Shown: positions 13,351-27,154, numbered from the stretch's first letter. The stretch: 64,000 nucleotides of DNA from Octopus vulgaris (GCA_951406725.2 OX597834.1:7006001-7070000), one strand, 5' to 3'. Notes: a model not told the origin generated them from the letters alone. Numbers and translations: made by a program.

Positions 13351-13640
13351 ACTATAAACAAAACCTTATAAGTTGTTTATAATTTTAACCTTAAAGGTAT
13401 TTTAATATGCGGCCACATTTTTTGATGGAATTTTTTCTGTAAAAAAACTTCATCCTATATTAGTAGTAGTATATTAATTATATATACTATTTTTTATTTA
13501 TGTATTGGTTTATGTCTGTCACTGTTTGAGTTGCATAACAGTGGTTTTATCTCTAATTCATATTTTATATATATATATATATAATTAAATAAGGGCCGAA
13601 TCAGCGCACCAAAGAGAAGGAATTTGAAAGATACACCTAT

Positions 13641-13675
<35 letters not shown>

Positions 13676-13754
13676 ACGGGAAGCTTTATGAAAATAAACA
13701 AAAGACGAAGGCAGGTGGAGTACAAACAAACAATTGTATTAGTACGGCGCTCAG

Positions 13755-13789
<35 letters not shown>

Positions 13790-14284
13790 TATTGTATGTA
13801 AGTATATGTGTGTGTTTGTGTGTATGATAGAGAAACAGAAAGAAAGATCGGCATAGTACAGTGAACATGCGGTAGAGAGTAAAAAAAAAAAACTAACGTT
13901 TCGGACAGTGTTCTTCTTCACAGAAAAATTGAAAAGGTAGAACGTCTGGCTGCAGCTGATAAGGAACGCGAGTCTATTGGAGGAAAGAAGAATAGAATGA
14001 GGCTGAGAAGCGAGCAAAATCGTGTAAGAGGTAAAAGGAAAAGATAAGTTGAGAAGTAAGTCGAAGGGTGAGACGTGTATAATTGTCTAAAGTGTTCATT
14101 TTAAAATCTGCCGTCTCTCATTAATTTCTCTCCTGTCAACTTTTCCCTGAAGAAGGACTGTCTCGGATGATAGAGTCTTCCATTCCCCACGGCTAATATT
14201 CTGTATTCTTTCTATCGCGCTTCCTTAATAAATCAACTCTTGCCGACATAGACACTCATCAGTCTCTTTGGAGTCCGATCATAT

Positions 14285-14315
<31 letters not shown>

Positions 14316-14451
14316 ATGTGTGTATATGTGCGTTTGTATATACAAACATATATGCACATATATGTGTGTATATATATATATACACACACACATATATGCA
14401 TAGAGAGACATATATGTGTGTGTTTGTGTGTTTATATATATACACATATAG

Positions 14452-14682
14452 GTTGCGTGCTGGCAGACTCGTTAGCGCGCCGGGCGAAATGCTTAGCGGT
14501 ATTTCGTCTGTCGTTACGGTCTGAGTTCAAATTCCGCCGAGGTCGACTTTACCTTTCATCCTTTCGGGGTCGATAAATAAAGTACCAGTTTCGCACTGGG
14601 GGGTCGATGTAATCAACTTAATCCGTTTGTCTGTCCTTGTTTGTCCCCTCTATGTTTAGCCCCTTGTGGGCAATAAAGAAAT
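14452..14682 (+). mobile_element. SINE family A
   Basis: CTGGCAGACTCGTTAGCGCGCC...GAGTTCAAATTCC...CCCTTGTGGGCAATAAAGAAA. Confidence 0.9.
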
Positions 14683-15017
14683 ATATATATATACACATAT
14701 GTGTGTATATTGTATGTACATACACATACACACATATGTCCATGCATGTATGTGTATAATTATATTCATAAACCCGGTTACCCAGTATCAAATGCGTATA
14801 AGTGAAGGAGAAAGTCAGATAGACAGGCAGACAGGCAGACAGACAGACAGACAGACAGACAGATAGCTAGACAGAATAAGGAATATGTAGAAATATAAAC
14901 AAAATATATGCACAAGACTTTGCTACACAGAATGAAATCTGCATAGCGCGAATCAAATCCATCGGTGTGATTACGGACTAGTCCAAGAATCAAAAATTCA
15001 AAAAGACAAAATATACT

Positions 15018-15760
<743 letters not shown>

Positions 15761-15867
15761 CATACATACATACGTACATACATACCCCTGCACACACATC
15801 TTATTGAGAGTGCAGACTTTGAATGCCACAGCACAAATAATCTTATATATACGTTATAAAAAGATTA

Positions 15868-16265
15868 AATGTTTCAGTCATTGGACTGCGGCCATGCTGG
15901 AGCAGTGTTTTGAAAGGTTTAGCCGATGAAATCGATCGCAGTACTTATTATTTAAGTCTGGTACTTATAGCTTTGTCTTTAGCCGAACCGCTATGCTACG
16001 GGGTCGTAAACAAGCCAACATCGGTTGCTGCGAGGTGATAGGAAACAAACACAATACAACAACACGCATAAATATATATACATACACGTGCACGCGCACA
16101 TAGGCACACATACACGCCCGGTGGGCTTCCAAGCAGTTTTCGGCAACCAAATTGACTCACATGGCATTGCTCAATTCGGGTTTAGTAGAATACTAAAGTG
16201 CCTCACAGCAGGACTGAACCTAAGACAATGTGTTTGTGTAGGAAGCTTCTTGCCTACACGGCCAC
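15868..16265 (-). mobile_element. Diverged SINE B
   Basis: TGTTTCAGTCATTGGACTGCGGCCATGCTGGAGCA tail and degenerate head. Confidence 0.75.
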
Positions 16266-16317
16266 AACATTTTAATAATAAATTACTACTGAAAGACACG
16301 AGAGACTTTGATAATCA

Positions 16318-17159
16318 TCTCTCTATATATAAAACTGAGAATGTGTGTGTGTCTGTCTGTCTGTGTGTTTCCCTAAAACTTGAGAACTACACAACCAATT
16401 TCATTCAAATTTTACACATGCCTTTCTCGCACCATCGAAAATTGTCTTGGTGCGACTATGAAAGATATCTAACCGGAGGCGGTAAATTCGCCACAATAGA
16501 AGCAAGGTTCGAGCCAACGGAGCGTGCAAGGGAGTACTCGACTCGAACCTTGCAAAGTGGAAATATTTTATTTTTACCTTTATATCTGGGACGTAGGACG
16601 TCCCGGATAAAAAGTAAAAATGACTCCCCACCCAGAAGTAGAGGTAGGCTGGATTGTAGCCACACTTTTATACAAGAGGGAGGACAAGATACAATTGATC
16701 GAAATTGCAAGAGACGGGTCTACAATTCCAGTCTGTTATATATTTTGAGTATTGTTATCACTAGCGATATCAAGATATAACTTTGTATTTTGTATTTTAT
16801 GTGTAGATGTATATATATAGATGTACATGTAATATGTACACATTCAAACATATAAGGGATGACCATAATAGAACATCCGACTCACTAGAAAGAGCAGCCA
16901 AACTCCAAACCACTAATTAGTGGTTTGGAGTTTGGCTGCTCTTTCTAGTGAGTCGGATGTCCTATTATGGTCATCCCTTATATGTTTGAATGTATATTAT
17001 ATAGTCTATTGACTATTATTTTCTTTCTCACTTGACCGCTGGTAGCGGAGAATTTTTCTAGAATTTTTTGCTACCCTAAAATTTATTAATTAATGTAATA
17101 TGTACACATATATACATGCACTAGCACTATGACCGGGCAACGACGGGTCATAATACTAG
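16318..17159 (+). mobile_element. Non-autonomous Helitron-like element with nested insertion(s)
   Basis: 5' TCTCTCTATATATAAAA...(TGTC)n; 3' hairpin GACCGGGCAACGACGGGTC then CTAG-T. Confidence 0.65.
16840..16993. repeat. Near-perfect 154-bp palindrome with no spacer
   Basis: 77-bp arms centred on TAATTA (16914-16919), one mismatch. Confidence 0.95.
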
Positions 17160-17255
17160 TTTATATTGATAGAAATATCTGAGAAATCTATCTCTCATCA
17201 CACACCTTTACGTATGACGAATGGTTTTCGAAACAGTTGTGGAATCATCGAAAGT

Positions 17256-17636
17256 GGGCAGGTGTGGCTGTGTGGTAAAGTAGCTTGTTTACCAACCACA
17301 TGGTTCCGGGTTCAGTCCAACTGCGTGGCACCTTGGGCAAGTGTCTTCTACTATAGCCTCGGGCCGACCAAAGCCTTGTGAAGCCCGTCGTATATATGTA
17401 TATGTGTATGTGTGTGTGTTTGTGTGTCCGTGTTTGTCCCCCTAGCATTGCTTGACAACCGATGCTGGTGTGTTTATGTCCCCGTCACTTAGCGGTTCGG
17501 CAAAGAGACCGATAGAATAAGTACTGGGCTTACAAAGAATAAGTGCCGGGGTCGAGTTGCTCGATTAAAGGCGGTGCTCCAGCATGGCCGCAGTCAAATG
17601 ACTGAAACAAGTAAAAGAGTAAAAGAGTAAAAGAGT
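17256..17636 (+). mobile_element. SINE family B
   Basis: Head, microsatellite and tail ending (GTAAAAGA)3. Confidence 0.9.
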
Positions 17637-17674
17637 GTTGTATCTGGGTTTTGTGAGGTCACTTCCACGCCATG

Positions 17675-17855
17675 TAAGATGCTTAGCGGCATTTCGTTTG
17701 TCTCTGTATTGTGAGTTCAAATTCTGTTGAGGTTGACTTTGCCTTCCATCTTTTAGGGGTCAATAAAATTAAGTACCAGTGGAATACTGGGGCGATTTAA
17801 TAGACTTAGCCTCTTTCCTAAGACTGCTGGCTTTGTGCCAAAATTTGAAGCCAAT
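17675..17855 (+). mobile_element. SINE family A, alternative tail (GTGCCAAAATTTGAAGCCAAT)
   Basis: Same tail as 740-789 and 39365-39408. Confidence 0.75.
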
Positions 17856-17999
17856 ATATATATATATATATACCGGAGTAAACACATAAATGTGAAACAA
17901 GGTGGAGTAAAGAGTACTCAAATACCAGTGGTAGAGTAATATGCTTTATTTAAAGCTTTAAATAAAGTATGTATATATATATATATATATATATACATA

Positions 18000-18175
<176 letters not shown>

Positions 18176-18496
18176 AATACAAACTGGGACAAGAACGCAA
18201 AACATTTAGAAGACGATACAAAAAACACGGACGGGACATTCGAAGCCTTCAATCCTCAGTCAAGAACCAGATCATCCTCGCAATTTCGGCTGACTAATCT
18301 TGAGATTGCTCCGATCTGGCCAGCCCCAAAGGAAAATCTAAGCCAATCGCATTAGATTCCTTGGAAGAAAGCCTCGAATGTATACAAAACAAGGACGGAA
18401 ATACGGACGATGTTACACGAATAAGAATACGAAAATACGTAAAAACAATAATGATAATAATAATAACAAAAACAGGACGTCAGGGACAGGCGTCTT

Positions 18497-18725
18497 TCGG
18501 CGAGCTGGCAGAAGCGTTAGCGCGCTGGGCGAAATGCTTAGCGGTATTTCGTCTGTCGTTACGTTCTGAGTTCAAATTCCGCCGAGGTCGACTTTGCCTT
18601 TCATCCTTTCGGGGTCGATAAATTAAGTACCAGTTACGCACTGGGGTTGATGTAATCAACTTAATCCCTTTGTCTGTCCTTGTTTGTCCCCTCTATATTT
18701 AGCCCTTGCGGGCAGTAAAGAAATA
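18497..18725 (+). mobile_element. SINE family A
   Basis: Near-consensus copy. Confidence 0.9.
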
Positions 18726-18731
18726 CATATA

Positions 18732-19376
18732 CATGATCCGATGAATAAGTATCCAGACTGTTGCCATAGTTAAGAAGCTAAAGCAAGCAGAGTTAAGTCG
18801 CTTGTCACAGATTGACCTTAAACCCTCCTGTGCATGTGTACTAAGTGTTAGCGTTCTAGCTCACTTACGTTGTTTACAGCAGTGCTTGGAAGGAAGGTGT
18901 GTAGCGTGTGATCGTTGCATTGACCATAACAAAGAAAGTTGAGCAGAGAATCTGCATCAAATTTCGACCAAACGCTTGGCGATACCTGCTCAGAAACCTG
19001 AGCAAAGTTTTCAAAAAGCTTTCGTTATTCTCGACACAGAACATTCATCAATATTGACATTTTGGAAACGTGCTGAACCACTTGTACACTTGTGCGCGGC
19101 TCATACACTCCTCTCCATACACTTTCTGCAATTTTGCACAAGCCTCTGAGCAAGTATCGCTATGACGACATTATCTCTCATGGTCAATGCGACGATCACA
19201 CGCTACACACCTTCCTTCCAAGCACTGCTGTAAACAGCGGAAGAGAGCGAGAACGTTAAAACTTTGTGCGCATGCACGGCAGAGTTCATAAATCAGTCTT
19301 TGATAAGCGGCGTTACTCTACCTACTTTAGCCTCGTTACTATGGCAACAGTCCGGATACTTATTGATCAGACCTCA
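18732..19376. mobile_element. Mariner-derived fold-back element made of two inverted left ends
   Basis: ~200-bp inverted arms with TA flanks; the interior encodes mariner N-terminal pieces EQRICIKF (+) and QKVYGEECMSRAQVYKWF (-). Confidence 0.85.
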
Positions 19377-20014
19377 TATGTGTGCGTGTTTGTGTGTATA
19401 CACTTTTTCAAACATTATGAATTAAAAAATACGAGTGTGCATAAATATAATGTATTTTTTTTTATTTACACCAAAGTACCATTCCACTACACAGTAACTA
19501 AGAACAGGAAACAAAGCTACATGAGTCGATAATACTGTTATTCTTTTAAAGAATTCCTCCCCAAAACCAGAGGATTAACTGTGGAAGCTTTCTTTACATT
19601 AAATTACAAATCCCGAATCAACAAACAGCTACAGCACAGAGGGAAGAAACTATGAATGTAAGCGGGTTTTGAGAGTTGAACAATGCTAAATCCAATGTTG
19701 ACGATTTTGTAAGTTGCATCGTTCTTATCGTCTGCGACAGTTCATTTCAAAATACTGCTATAAGCTATCACTATCGACATTTTATTCGCGATGTGAAGGT
19801 AGGAGGGACTCACAAACTAAGAGAAAAACAATTAAAGCATATTTAAAGCACACACACAAAGCCATTTTGTCAAAATGGTAGGCATACATACATACTTACA
19901 TAGCATGCATACATAACATACATACTTATACATGTGTGTGTGTGTTTGCGAACGTGCGTGCGTGTGTGTGTGTGTGTGTGTGAGTACTTTTTTATTACTT
20001 GTGTGTGTGAGTAC

Positions 20015-20415
20015 ATTTTTTATTACCTGTTTCAGTCACTTTCGATTGCGGCCGAGGGTTTTAGTTGACCAAATCGACCCCAGTACCTATTATTTAAAGC
20101 GTGTTAGTTATTATATCGAACTCTTTTGCCGAACAGCTAAGTTTCGGTGACATAAATACACCAATATCCGTTGCCTTGCGAGGGTGGGGAGCAACACAGA
20201 CAAAAAGATACATTCACACACACACACACTCACACACATATATATGTTTACAAGACAGGCTTCTTTCAGTTTGCGTCTACCAAATCCACTCGCAAGGCTT
20301 TGGGCGTCCCGAGGCTATAGTGGAAGACATTTGCTCAAGATGCTACGCAGTGGCACTGAATCTGGTACCAAGTGGTTGAGAAGCAAGGTTCTTACAACAC
20401 AGCCACGCCTGCGCC
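20015..20415 (-). mobile_element. Diverged SINE B
   Basis: Family B modules. Confidence 0.8.
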
Positions 20416-21302
20416 TTAAAAAAACAAAACGAAACTAATATATGAAAATTTTCGCCTTTTACACAATGGTCATAGATATAAGGTTCCTCTGATATAATTT
20501 GCAGAAATTCAACATACGCAAAGATACTGAATGTTGCTGACGCCTCGGATGGCCTGACTACATTTGTAGAGTAGATAACAAAGTCTGAAATAAATTCCTA
20601 TGCTTTCTACAGAATCGCATTTACAAAAAACAGGATACCACTGACACGGTTAAATTTGGCAGAAGATATATATTTTGCTAAAATATCCTGTAAGATTTAT
20701 CTTTCTTCTAAATAAACCAAAAATTTTATCAGTTTTTGTAAATATTCGTTGAATGAACAAATATTCATTAGACATTTCCAAATGCTTATATTATTTTTAT
20801 CTACAAAAGAAAGGGGAGAATTTCACCAATCTTTTTAAATATTCATAAGCTTATTCAATAGTTCAATTTTATATCTGGTCCGCATCAGACTGATGAAAAA
20901 ACGGAATTTTAAAACTGTCTGCCGGAGTTATGAGAAATTAATGCTAAATTATAAAAATAAAATATCGCTTTTAATTCTATTTTAATTATATTATCAGACA
21001 CAGAGAAAAAAAAGCATGGAACGTTTCCAACAATGATTTTTTTTTTCTCGTACAAAGTTTATGAAGTGAGATATGAATTTACATTAAATAAAAAAAATGA
21101 TAATAATAAATCCTGGTCAAACTAAGAAAAAAGTTCTCATTCCTCATGATGGTGGCCATTGATCACGATTCTCAGATAAAATGGTGAAGAGATTCAACAA
21201 AGAATGACGGGAAGAATGCTGGAGATGCTTTGGTAGTCTTCAAGCACACACAGCGGCGATTAAAAGTAGAACATGAATTTATTCATGTAGTTCTTTCTTA
21301 TG

Positions 21303-21597
21303 TGAAGGCGTGTGACCTAGTGGCTAGTCTGGTTACGATAGCTAGATCGTGGGTTCGATTCCTTGATTTGGCGGTACGTTGTGTTTTTGAGCAAAACACT
21401 TTATTTTCCCGTTGCTCCGGCCCCCCTTCCGATCGTTGCTGGTGGTAGTGGTGGCAGTGGTGGTGGAGTGTCTGTGGAAATGTCAGCTTGCTCCCTAGCT
21501 AGCGGAGTGGCGTCATTTCAAGATTAAAACAATTTAAAGCGCATTGTGACCAACGATGTGTAACAACATCTGATAGCCTGGTCGGTCACGTGATCAG
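21303..21597 (+). mobile_element. tRNA-derived SINE family D (older); related copies at 25945-26183 (-), 49921-50198 (+) and 57990-58205 (-)
   Basis: GAAGGCGTGTGACCTAGTGG...GGTTCGATTCC...TTGAGCAAAACAC head; tail GGTCGGTCACGTGATCA. Confidence 0.75.
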
Positions 21598-21879
21598 GTG
21601 TGAATCCTTTCTCATAACGTAAGGTACGTATGTATAAATGAATATGCTGTGTGTTTGCGTGTATTTAAATAAATCATTAAGCAACGGAAATTACGATAGG
21701 ACAACGCTAGATCAATAATTATTTTTGTAGAAATCTGTTCAAGTTCCAGTATCCTACATTTCTTGCAAAATAAGTCATTTTATTCAACCAAGATTCAAAG
21801 TATGAGTGAGAATCTTGTTTAATAAATATAGTTGTTCCCGCAAGAAATTATAAATGTTTGGAGAATTCATCCAATTATT

Positions 21880-22815
21880 TAAAAGCTGAATTCTGCATGA
21901 AAGAAACTGTGGTCCGATTGCGTATCCGAAAGAGATTTCTAAGGGTTTGAGTCTGATACACCTGTAATCGAGAGGATAATGTCTCTTGGCAAGTCCCTGG
22001 GCCTCGAGGTTAATGATGGGGACATTAATGATCCCGTTGAGGAACACTGAGAGGAGTTGGCGACAGCTGAACTCTTGCAGTTTCGGGACCAGCAGCATTT
22101 GGATGCGGTCGAAGAGATTGGTTCCCCGATTGAGGACAGTGTAGCAGGGAATGTTATCTCTTCGAGTGACATAAAGACAGAGATGGCAAAGTGGTAGGAT
22201 GTTTCTGAAGTTGTAGAAAAATTATCATCCTGGAAAAGTATCCACAGGTTGTGCAGCTTCTTTATTTAATGATACTGCTCTGGCGCATTTTCGTAACATT
22301 TTCAAAGGCAGAAAAAAATCAGTTTTCTCTTGATATGTTTCGAATGAAATGACCTGCAAGTGGTAAAAATAGATGAGTGTCCCAAAAGTCTAAATTAAGC
22401 GAAGTGAGAGAGCAAACGCCAGGAATTATTCTTCGTCAAGACTTAAGGGAACGAGATTCTCCTTCCAAACAGTAATCCTCCTCCTCCTCCACTCTCTGTC
22501 GGCTTCCTCGCCCAAAATTCGTCCCGTTTTAAAGGTAATTCAGTCAATAAAACCAGTTTACATATTTCTTTTGCATTCTCTTTTTCAAAATTGTCATTTT
22601 ACTTTAACAACACTTTTTCTGTTTTAAAACTCATAAAACTCATAGGCGCAGGAGTGGCTGTGTGGTAAGTAGCTTGCTAACCAACCACATGGTTGCGGGT
22701 TCAGTCCCACTGCGTGGCATCTTGGGCAAGTGTCTTCTGCTATAGCCCCGGGCTGACCAATGCCTTGTGAGTGGATTTGGTAGACGGAAACTGAAAGAAG
22801 CCTGTCGTATATATG

Positions 22816-22852
<37 letters not shown>

Positions 22853-23217
22853 TTGTGTGTCTGTGTTTGTCCCCCTAGCATTGCTTGACAACCGATGCTG
22901 GTGTGTTTACGTCCCCGTCACTTAGCGGTTCGGCAAAAGAGACCGATAGAATAAGTACTGGGCTTACAAAGAATAAGTCCCGGGGTCGATTTGTTCGACT
23001 AAAGGCGGTGCTCTAGCATGGCCGCAGTCAAATGACTGAAACAAATAAAAGAATAAAAGAATAAAAACATTATTTTGGGATGGTTTTGTGAGGCTGGAAC
23101 GAATTAATTATATTTCACTTAATTTCAAAGGTGAAAATTGATTTGTAAAACGAGTAAATCACAAAATGAGCTCGGTCATGGAACGAATCAAACTCGTACT
23201 CCGAGTTATCATTGTAA
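21880..23217 (+). pseudogene. Tigger/pogo-like transposon 3' half, interrupted by SINE B
   Basis: KKLWSDCVSERDF*GF...IMSLGKSLGLEVNDGDINDPVEEH*EELATAELLQ...FNDTALAHFRNIFKGRKK resembles the Tigger transposase C-terminus; Tigger-like end GGAACGAATCAAACTCGTA...TGTA. Confidence 0.75.
22645..23062 (+). mobile_element. SINE family B, young full-length copy
   Basis: Near-consensus sequence. Confidence 0.92.
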
Positions 23218-23310
23218 TTCGTTTTTAGCGGTGGTACAAGAAGTAGACAAAGCTATGAGTAATGGGTGTGTATATATAGGGTTAAAAATTTCTTTGGACA
23301 GATATATATA

Positions 23311-23717
23311 CTCTTTTACTCTTTTACTTGTTTCAGTCATTTGACTGCGGCCATGCTGGAGCACCGCCTTTAGTCGAGCAAATCGACCCCGGGACTTATT
23401 CTTTGTAAGCCCAGTACTTATTCTATCGGTCCCTTTTGCCGAACCGCTAGATGACGGGAACGTAAACACACCAGCATCGGTTGTCAATCAATGCTAGAGG
23501 GACAAACACAGACACACAAACACACACATACACATATATACATATACATATATACGATAGGCTTCTTTCAGTTTCCGTCTACCAAATCCACTCACAAGGC
23601 ATTGGTCAGCCCGGGGCTATAGCAGAAGACACTTGCCCAAGGTGCCACACAGTGCGACTGAACCCGGAACCATGTGGTTGGTTAGCAAGCTACTTACCAC
23701 ACAGCCACTCCTGCGCC
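23311..23717 (-). mobile_element. SINE family B, full length, inverted relative to 22645-23062
   Basis: Near-consensus sequence. Confidence 0.92.
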
Positions 23718-24067
23718 TATATGTGTGTATGTGTTATCGGAAAGTTTTTGCCTCGCTTCTATGTTGCTGACATCCAAGTTTTAAGTCTTCAGAGTTTATG
23801 TCGCATTGTCCTTCAAATTTACTGATGCTTACAATCATTAGCATTTTCTTGTGCTTAGTATAGCGAGTGTAAGACGCGGAAACCTCAAGATTCTGGGTCC
23901 TACAGCTACTGAGAGCTCTTCCTTGTTCATTTCTCCTTTTCGATTTGCTAATCGTTTGTTCATTTGTACTTAATCTTATGTTTTAGAATCCTATGGAGTC
24001 ATATGTATAGTTGCTCTCCCAAACTGTACACTTGCAACCAAGGGAAGCATGGATGATATGACATGTG

Positions 24068-24399
24068 AAGAGAGAGAGAGAGAGAGAGAGAGCGTGAAAG
24101 AGAGACAGTGTGAGAGAGAGAGCGTGAGAGAGAGAGCGTGAGAGAGAAAGCGTGAGAGAAAGAGAGAGCGTGAGAGAAAGGGAGAGCGTGAGAGAGTGGG
24201 AGAGCGTGAGAGAGAGAGAGCGTGAGAGAATGAGAGAGCGTGAGAGAGTGAGAGAGTGAGAGAACGTGAGAGAGAGAGAGCGTGTGAGAGAGAACGTGAG
24301 AGAAAGAGAGCGTGTGCGAGAGAGCGTGAGAGAGAGAGAGCGTGGGAGAGAGCATGAGAGAGAGAGAGAGCGTGAGAGAGAGAGCGTGTGAGGTAGAGC

Positions 24400-24458
<59 letters not shown>
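24068..24458. repeat. (GA)n microsatellite with interspersed GCGT units
   Basis: Seen directly. Confidence 0.95.
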
Positions 24459-24460
<2 letters not shown>

Positions 24461-25440
24461 AGCGGCACAAACAGCCAACTGGTACGCGTTAGAACTGAGC
24501 AGATTGGAGCATCGTGAAAAAATTGCGTCGAGCCATCCAGTCCAGAAATGGAAACTAGGGTCTAAAAATGACGAGATGAAACAGGTAACCACCAAGCCAC
24601 GCTCTTTCACAGGCTAAAAACCTCTCTCCTCTTTCTCTTTCTCTCTCCCATGGTTTTCTTCTCTTCCAGTAAACCGTCTGGCATTTCATTCTTTTCCTTC
24701 CCATTTTCTCTCCTTAATTTTTTTTTTATCATCACTCATGCTATATTTCATTACCGTTCGCTCTCATTTTTTCAGTTTTCCAGTTTTTATCTTTCTGATT
24801 TCTTCCTTTTAGCTTCAACGACATTTTCTTCGACGACAGCTGCCTTTTTCTACTGTTTTTTTTCTCTCTCCTAAACATTTTCTCATTCTTCTTACCTTTC
24901 TCTATTTCCGTTGTCCTTGAATTGCGTTTTTATCTTCAAATTATAAAAAAAAAATCTTCATTCTGATAGAAACATTGGCTTCCTCTGTACAAACAAAAGT
25001 TGAAATATATTGACCCGACTGTTAGCAAACGGCAAATAAAATATACACACTCAAACACAAGCGTACACATATATATGCACTTGCTGGAGATGCAATATGG
25101 GTCTCTTAAAACATTTTTGCTGCTTGCCTAATCATAAGAGGAACCCTCCGTCGCTTAGGACGACGTGCGTTCAAGCTGATTCAACGATCAACGGGACAGC
25201 CTGCTCATGAAATAAACGTGCAAGTAAGCTGAAAACTCTACAGACACACGTTCTCTTAAGGTAGTTCTCAGGGAGATTCAGCGTGTCATAGGGCTGTCCT
25301 GTTGAACTACAGGTGCAACTAATTTTTGCCAACTGAGTGGCTTGAAGCAACGTGAAAAAAAAGTGTCTTGCTGAAGAGGCACAACACGCTGATTAACAAT
25401 AACCAGAAAGTAATGCGTCTAACCATAACATAACTGAATA

Positions 25441-25858
25441 CCTATTTCTTTACTACCTACAAGGGGCTAAACATTGAGGGTACAAACAAGGACAGACAAA
25501 CGGATTAAGTCGATTACATCGACCCCAGTGCATAACTGGTACTTATTTAATCGACCCCGAAAGGGATGAAAGGCAAAGTCGACCTCGCGGAATTTGAACT
25601 CAGAATGTAACGGCAGACGAAATACCTATTTCTTTACTACCCACAAGGGGCTAAATACAGGTGGGACAAACAAGGACAGCCAAACGGATTAAATCAATTA
25701 CATCGACCCCAGTGCATAACTGGTACTTATTTAGTCGACCCCGAAAGGATGAAAGGCAAAGTCGACCACGGCGGAATTTGAACTCAGAACGTAACAACAG
25801 ACGAAATACGGCTACGCATTTCGCCCGGCGTGCTAACGTTTCTGCCAGCTTGCTGCCT
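25441..25858 (-). mobile_element. SINE family A dimer
   Basis: Two units; flanking near-duplication CATAACTGAATACCT / CATAACTAAATACCT. Confidence 0.88.
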
Positions 25859-26867
25859 TTCTAAACACCTTTCATAACTAAATACCTGTCAACCAATTTA
25901 TTAATTTAACAACTGGCAAAATCCCCACCTCTATAATGAATATCGCGTGATTGCGTCCCCAACCAGACTCTCAGATGTTAGACATCGCTGGCCACAGTGC
26001 TCTTTGCATTGTTTTAGCTTACTAATGATGCCACCCTAGTGAGCAACCCAACATTTCTCTCTGATCGAAAGTGGGGCTGGAGCAACATGAAATGAAGAAC
26101 AACGCGCTACCCTGTCTGGGAACCGAACCCACGATCTAGCGATCATTAGTACAACAACTTAACCACTAGGCCACGTGCCTTCACAATGAACATAATTTTG
26201 TTAAATTTGGATTGAATACTTCTCTGTCTAATAACAGATAAATTATTCTGAGGGATGTCTTCGTATGCTAACGACAGCTGTGTCTTCGGTGCATTTCTGA
26301 TTCCCAACTGTAGCTGTGATTTCTATCAATAATCAATAGAACAGAGAGTAATCAATAACTTTCACCAGGATTATTTGGCCACTAGACACTACTTCAACAC
26401 AAAGCAGCCAACGAATGACCCAACAATTTATCGTTTCAGTTGCTAGAAATAACAGTTAAATCTCCCTAAAATCATGCCTCACTAATGTAAAAGATTGATA
26501 TAAGGTGTACAAACGGACGTGATGGTCACATCTAGAGCATCTTTGATGACAACCTTGCTTGATCAGATGTGAAAGCGGTGCCGATCACCCATATTAGAGC
26601 CATGGGCACTGCGTTCCTCCATTTCCTCTACTATTTGGCTGTATTTGGTCAGACGGTAGGGAAAATGTATTTTCGAACTTGATACCTGATTCTACTGGTT
26701 ACAACAGAGTAGAATCCGGCTAAAAAAACTCAAGGTGGCAGGTGATGATGTTAAACCGAGCGACGTGTTTTAAAATGTCGCCCTCACAAATAAGCCATGG
26801 CGGGATTTGAACTTAGAAGGCAAATAATTGAGACAAATACCACAAATACCCCGATCCGATATTATTA

Positions 26868-27154
26868 CACCGCTATTTAGCCCCAGGAAGCATCGACGCA
26901 TCCTGTCGGCCTTGATACATTTCCTGTGTCCTTATATATATTTACGAAGGGGAGACAACCCCCCCCCCTAATAGCTAGGCCTGCATCTAGAGACATGCAT
27001 GGTTCAGGGTCTTTGCCCATCATCAGTCTAGAGTAGCAAGGCCTGCTAGCTGAAGATATTTGTCTAAACTTCGTAAATATATATATATAAGGACACAGGA
27101 AATGAGTCAAGGCCGACAGGAAGCGTCGATGCTTCCTAGGGCTAAATAGCGGTG
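26868..27154. mobile_element. ~290-bp fold-back element
   Basis: ~70-bp outer inverted arms (CACCGCTATTTAG...GTGTCCTTATATATA) plus nested inner inverted segments. Confidence 0.85.
26986..27032 (-). ncRNA. Type I hammerhead-ribozyme-like motif
   Basis: UCUAGA-CUGAUGA-UGGG-caaaga-CCCU-GAAC-CAUGCAUG-UC-UCUAGA: stem I, CUGAUGA core, stem II, GAAC in place of GAAA, palindromic stem III, GUC cleavage triplet. Confidence 0.7.

Noticed and set aside
16025-16780. 251-aa ORF
   Set aside because: It spans a SINE B remnant and a Helitron-like element and has no recognisable domain.
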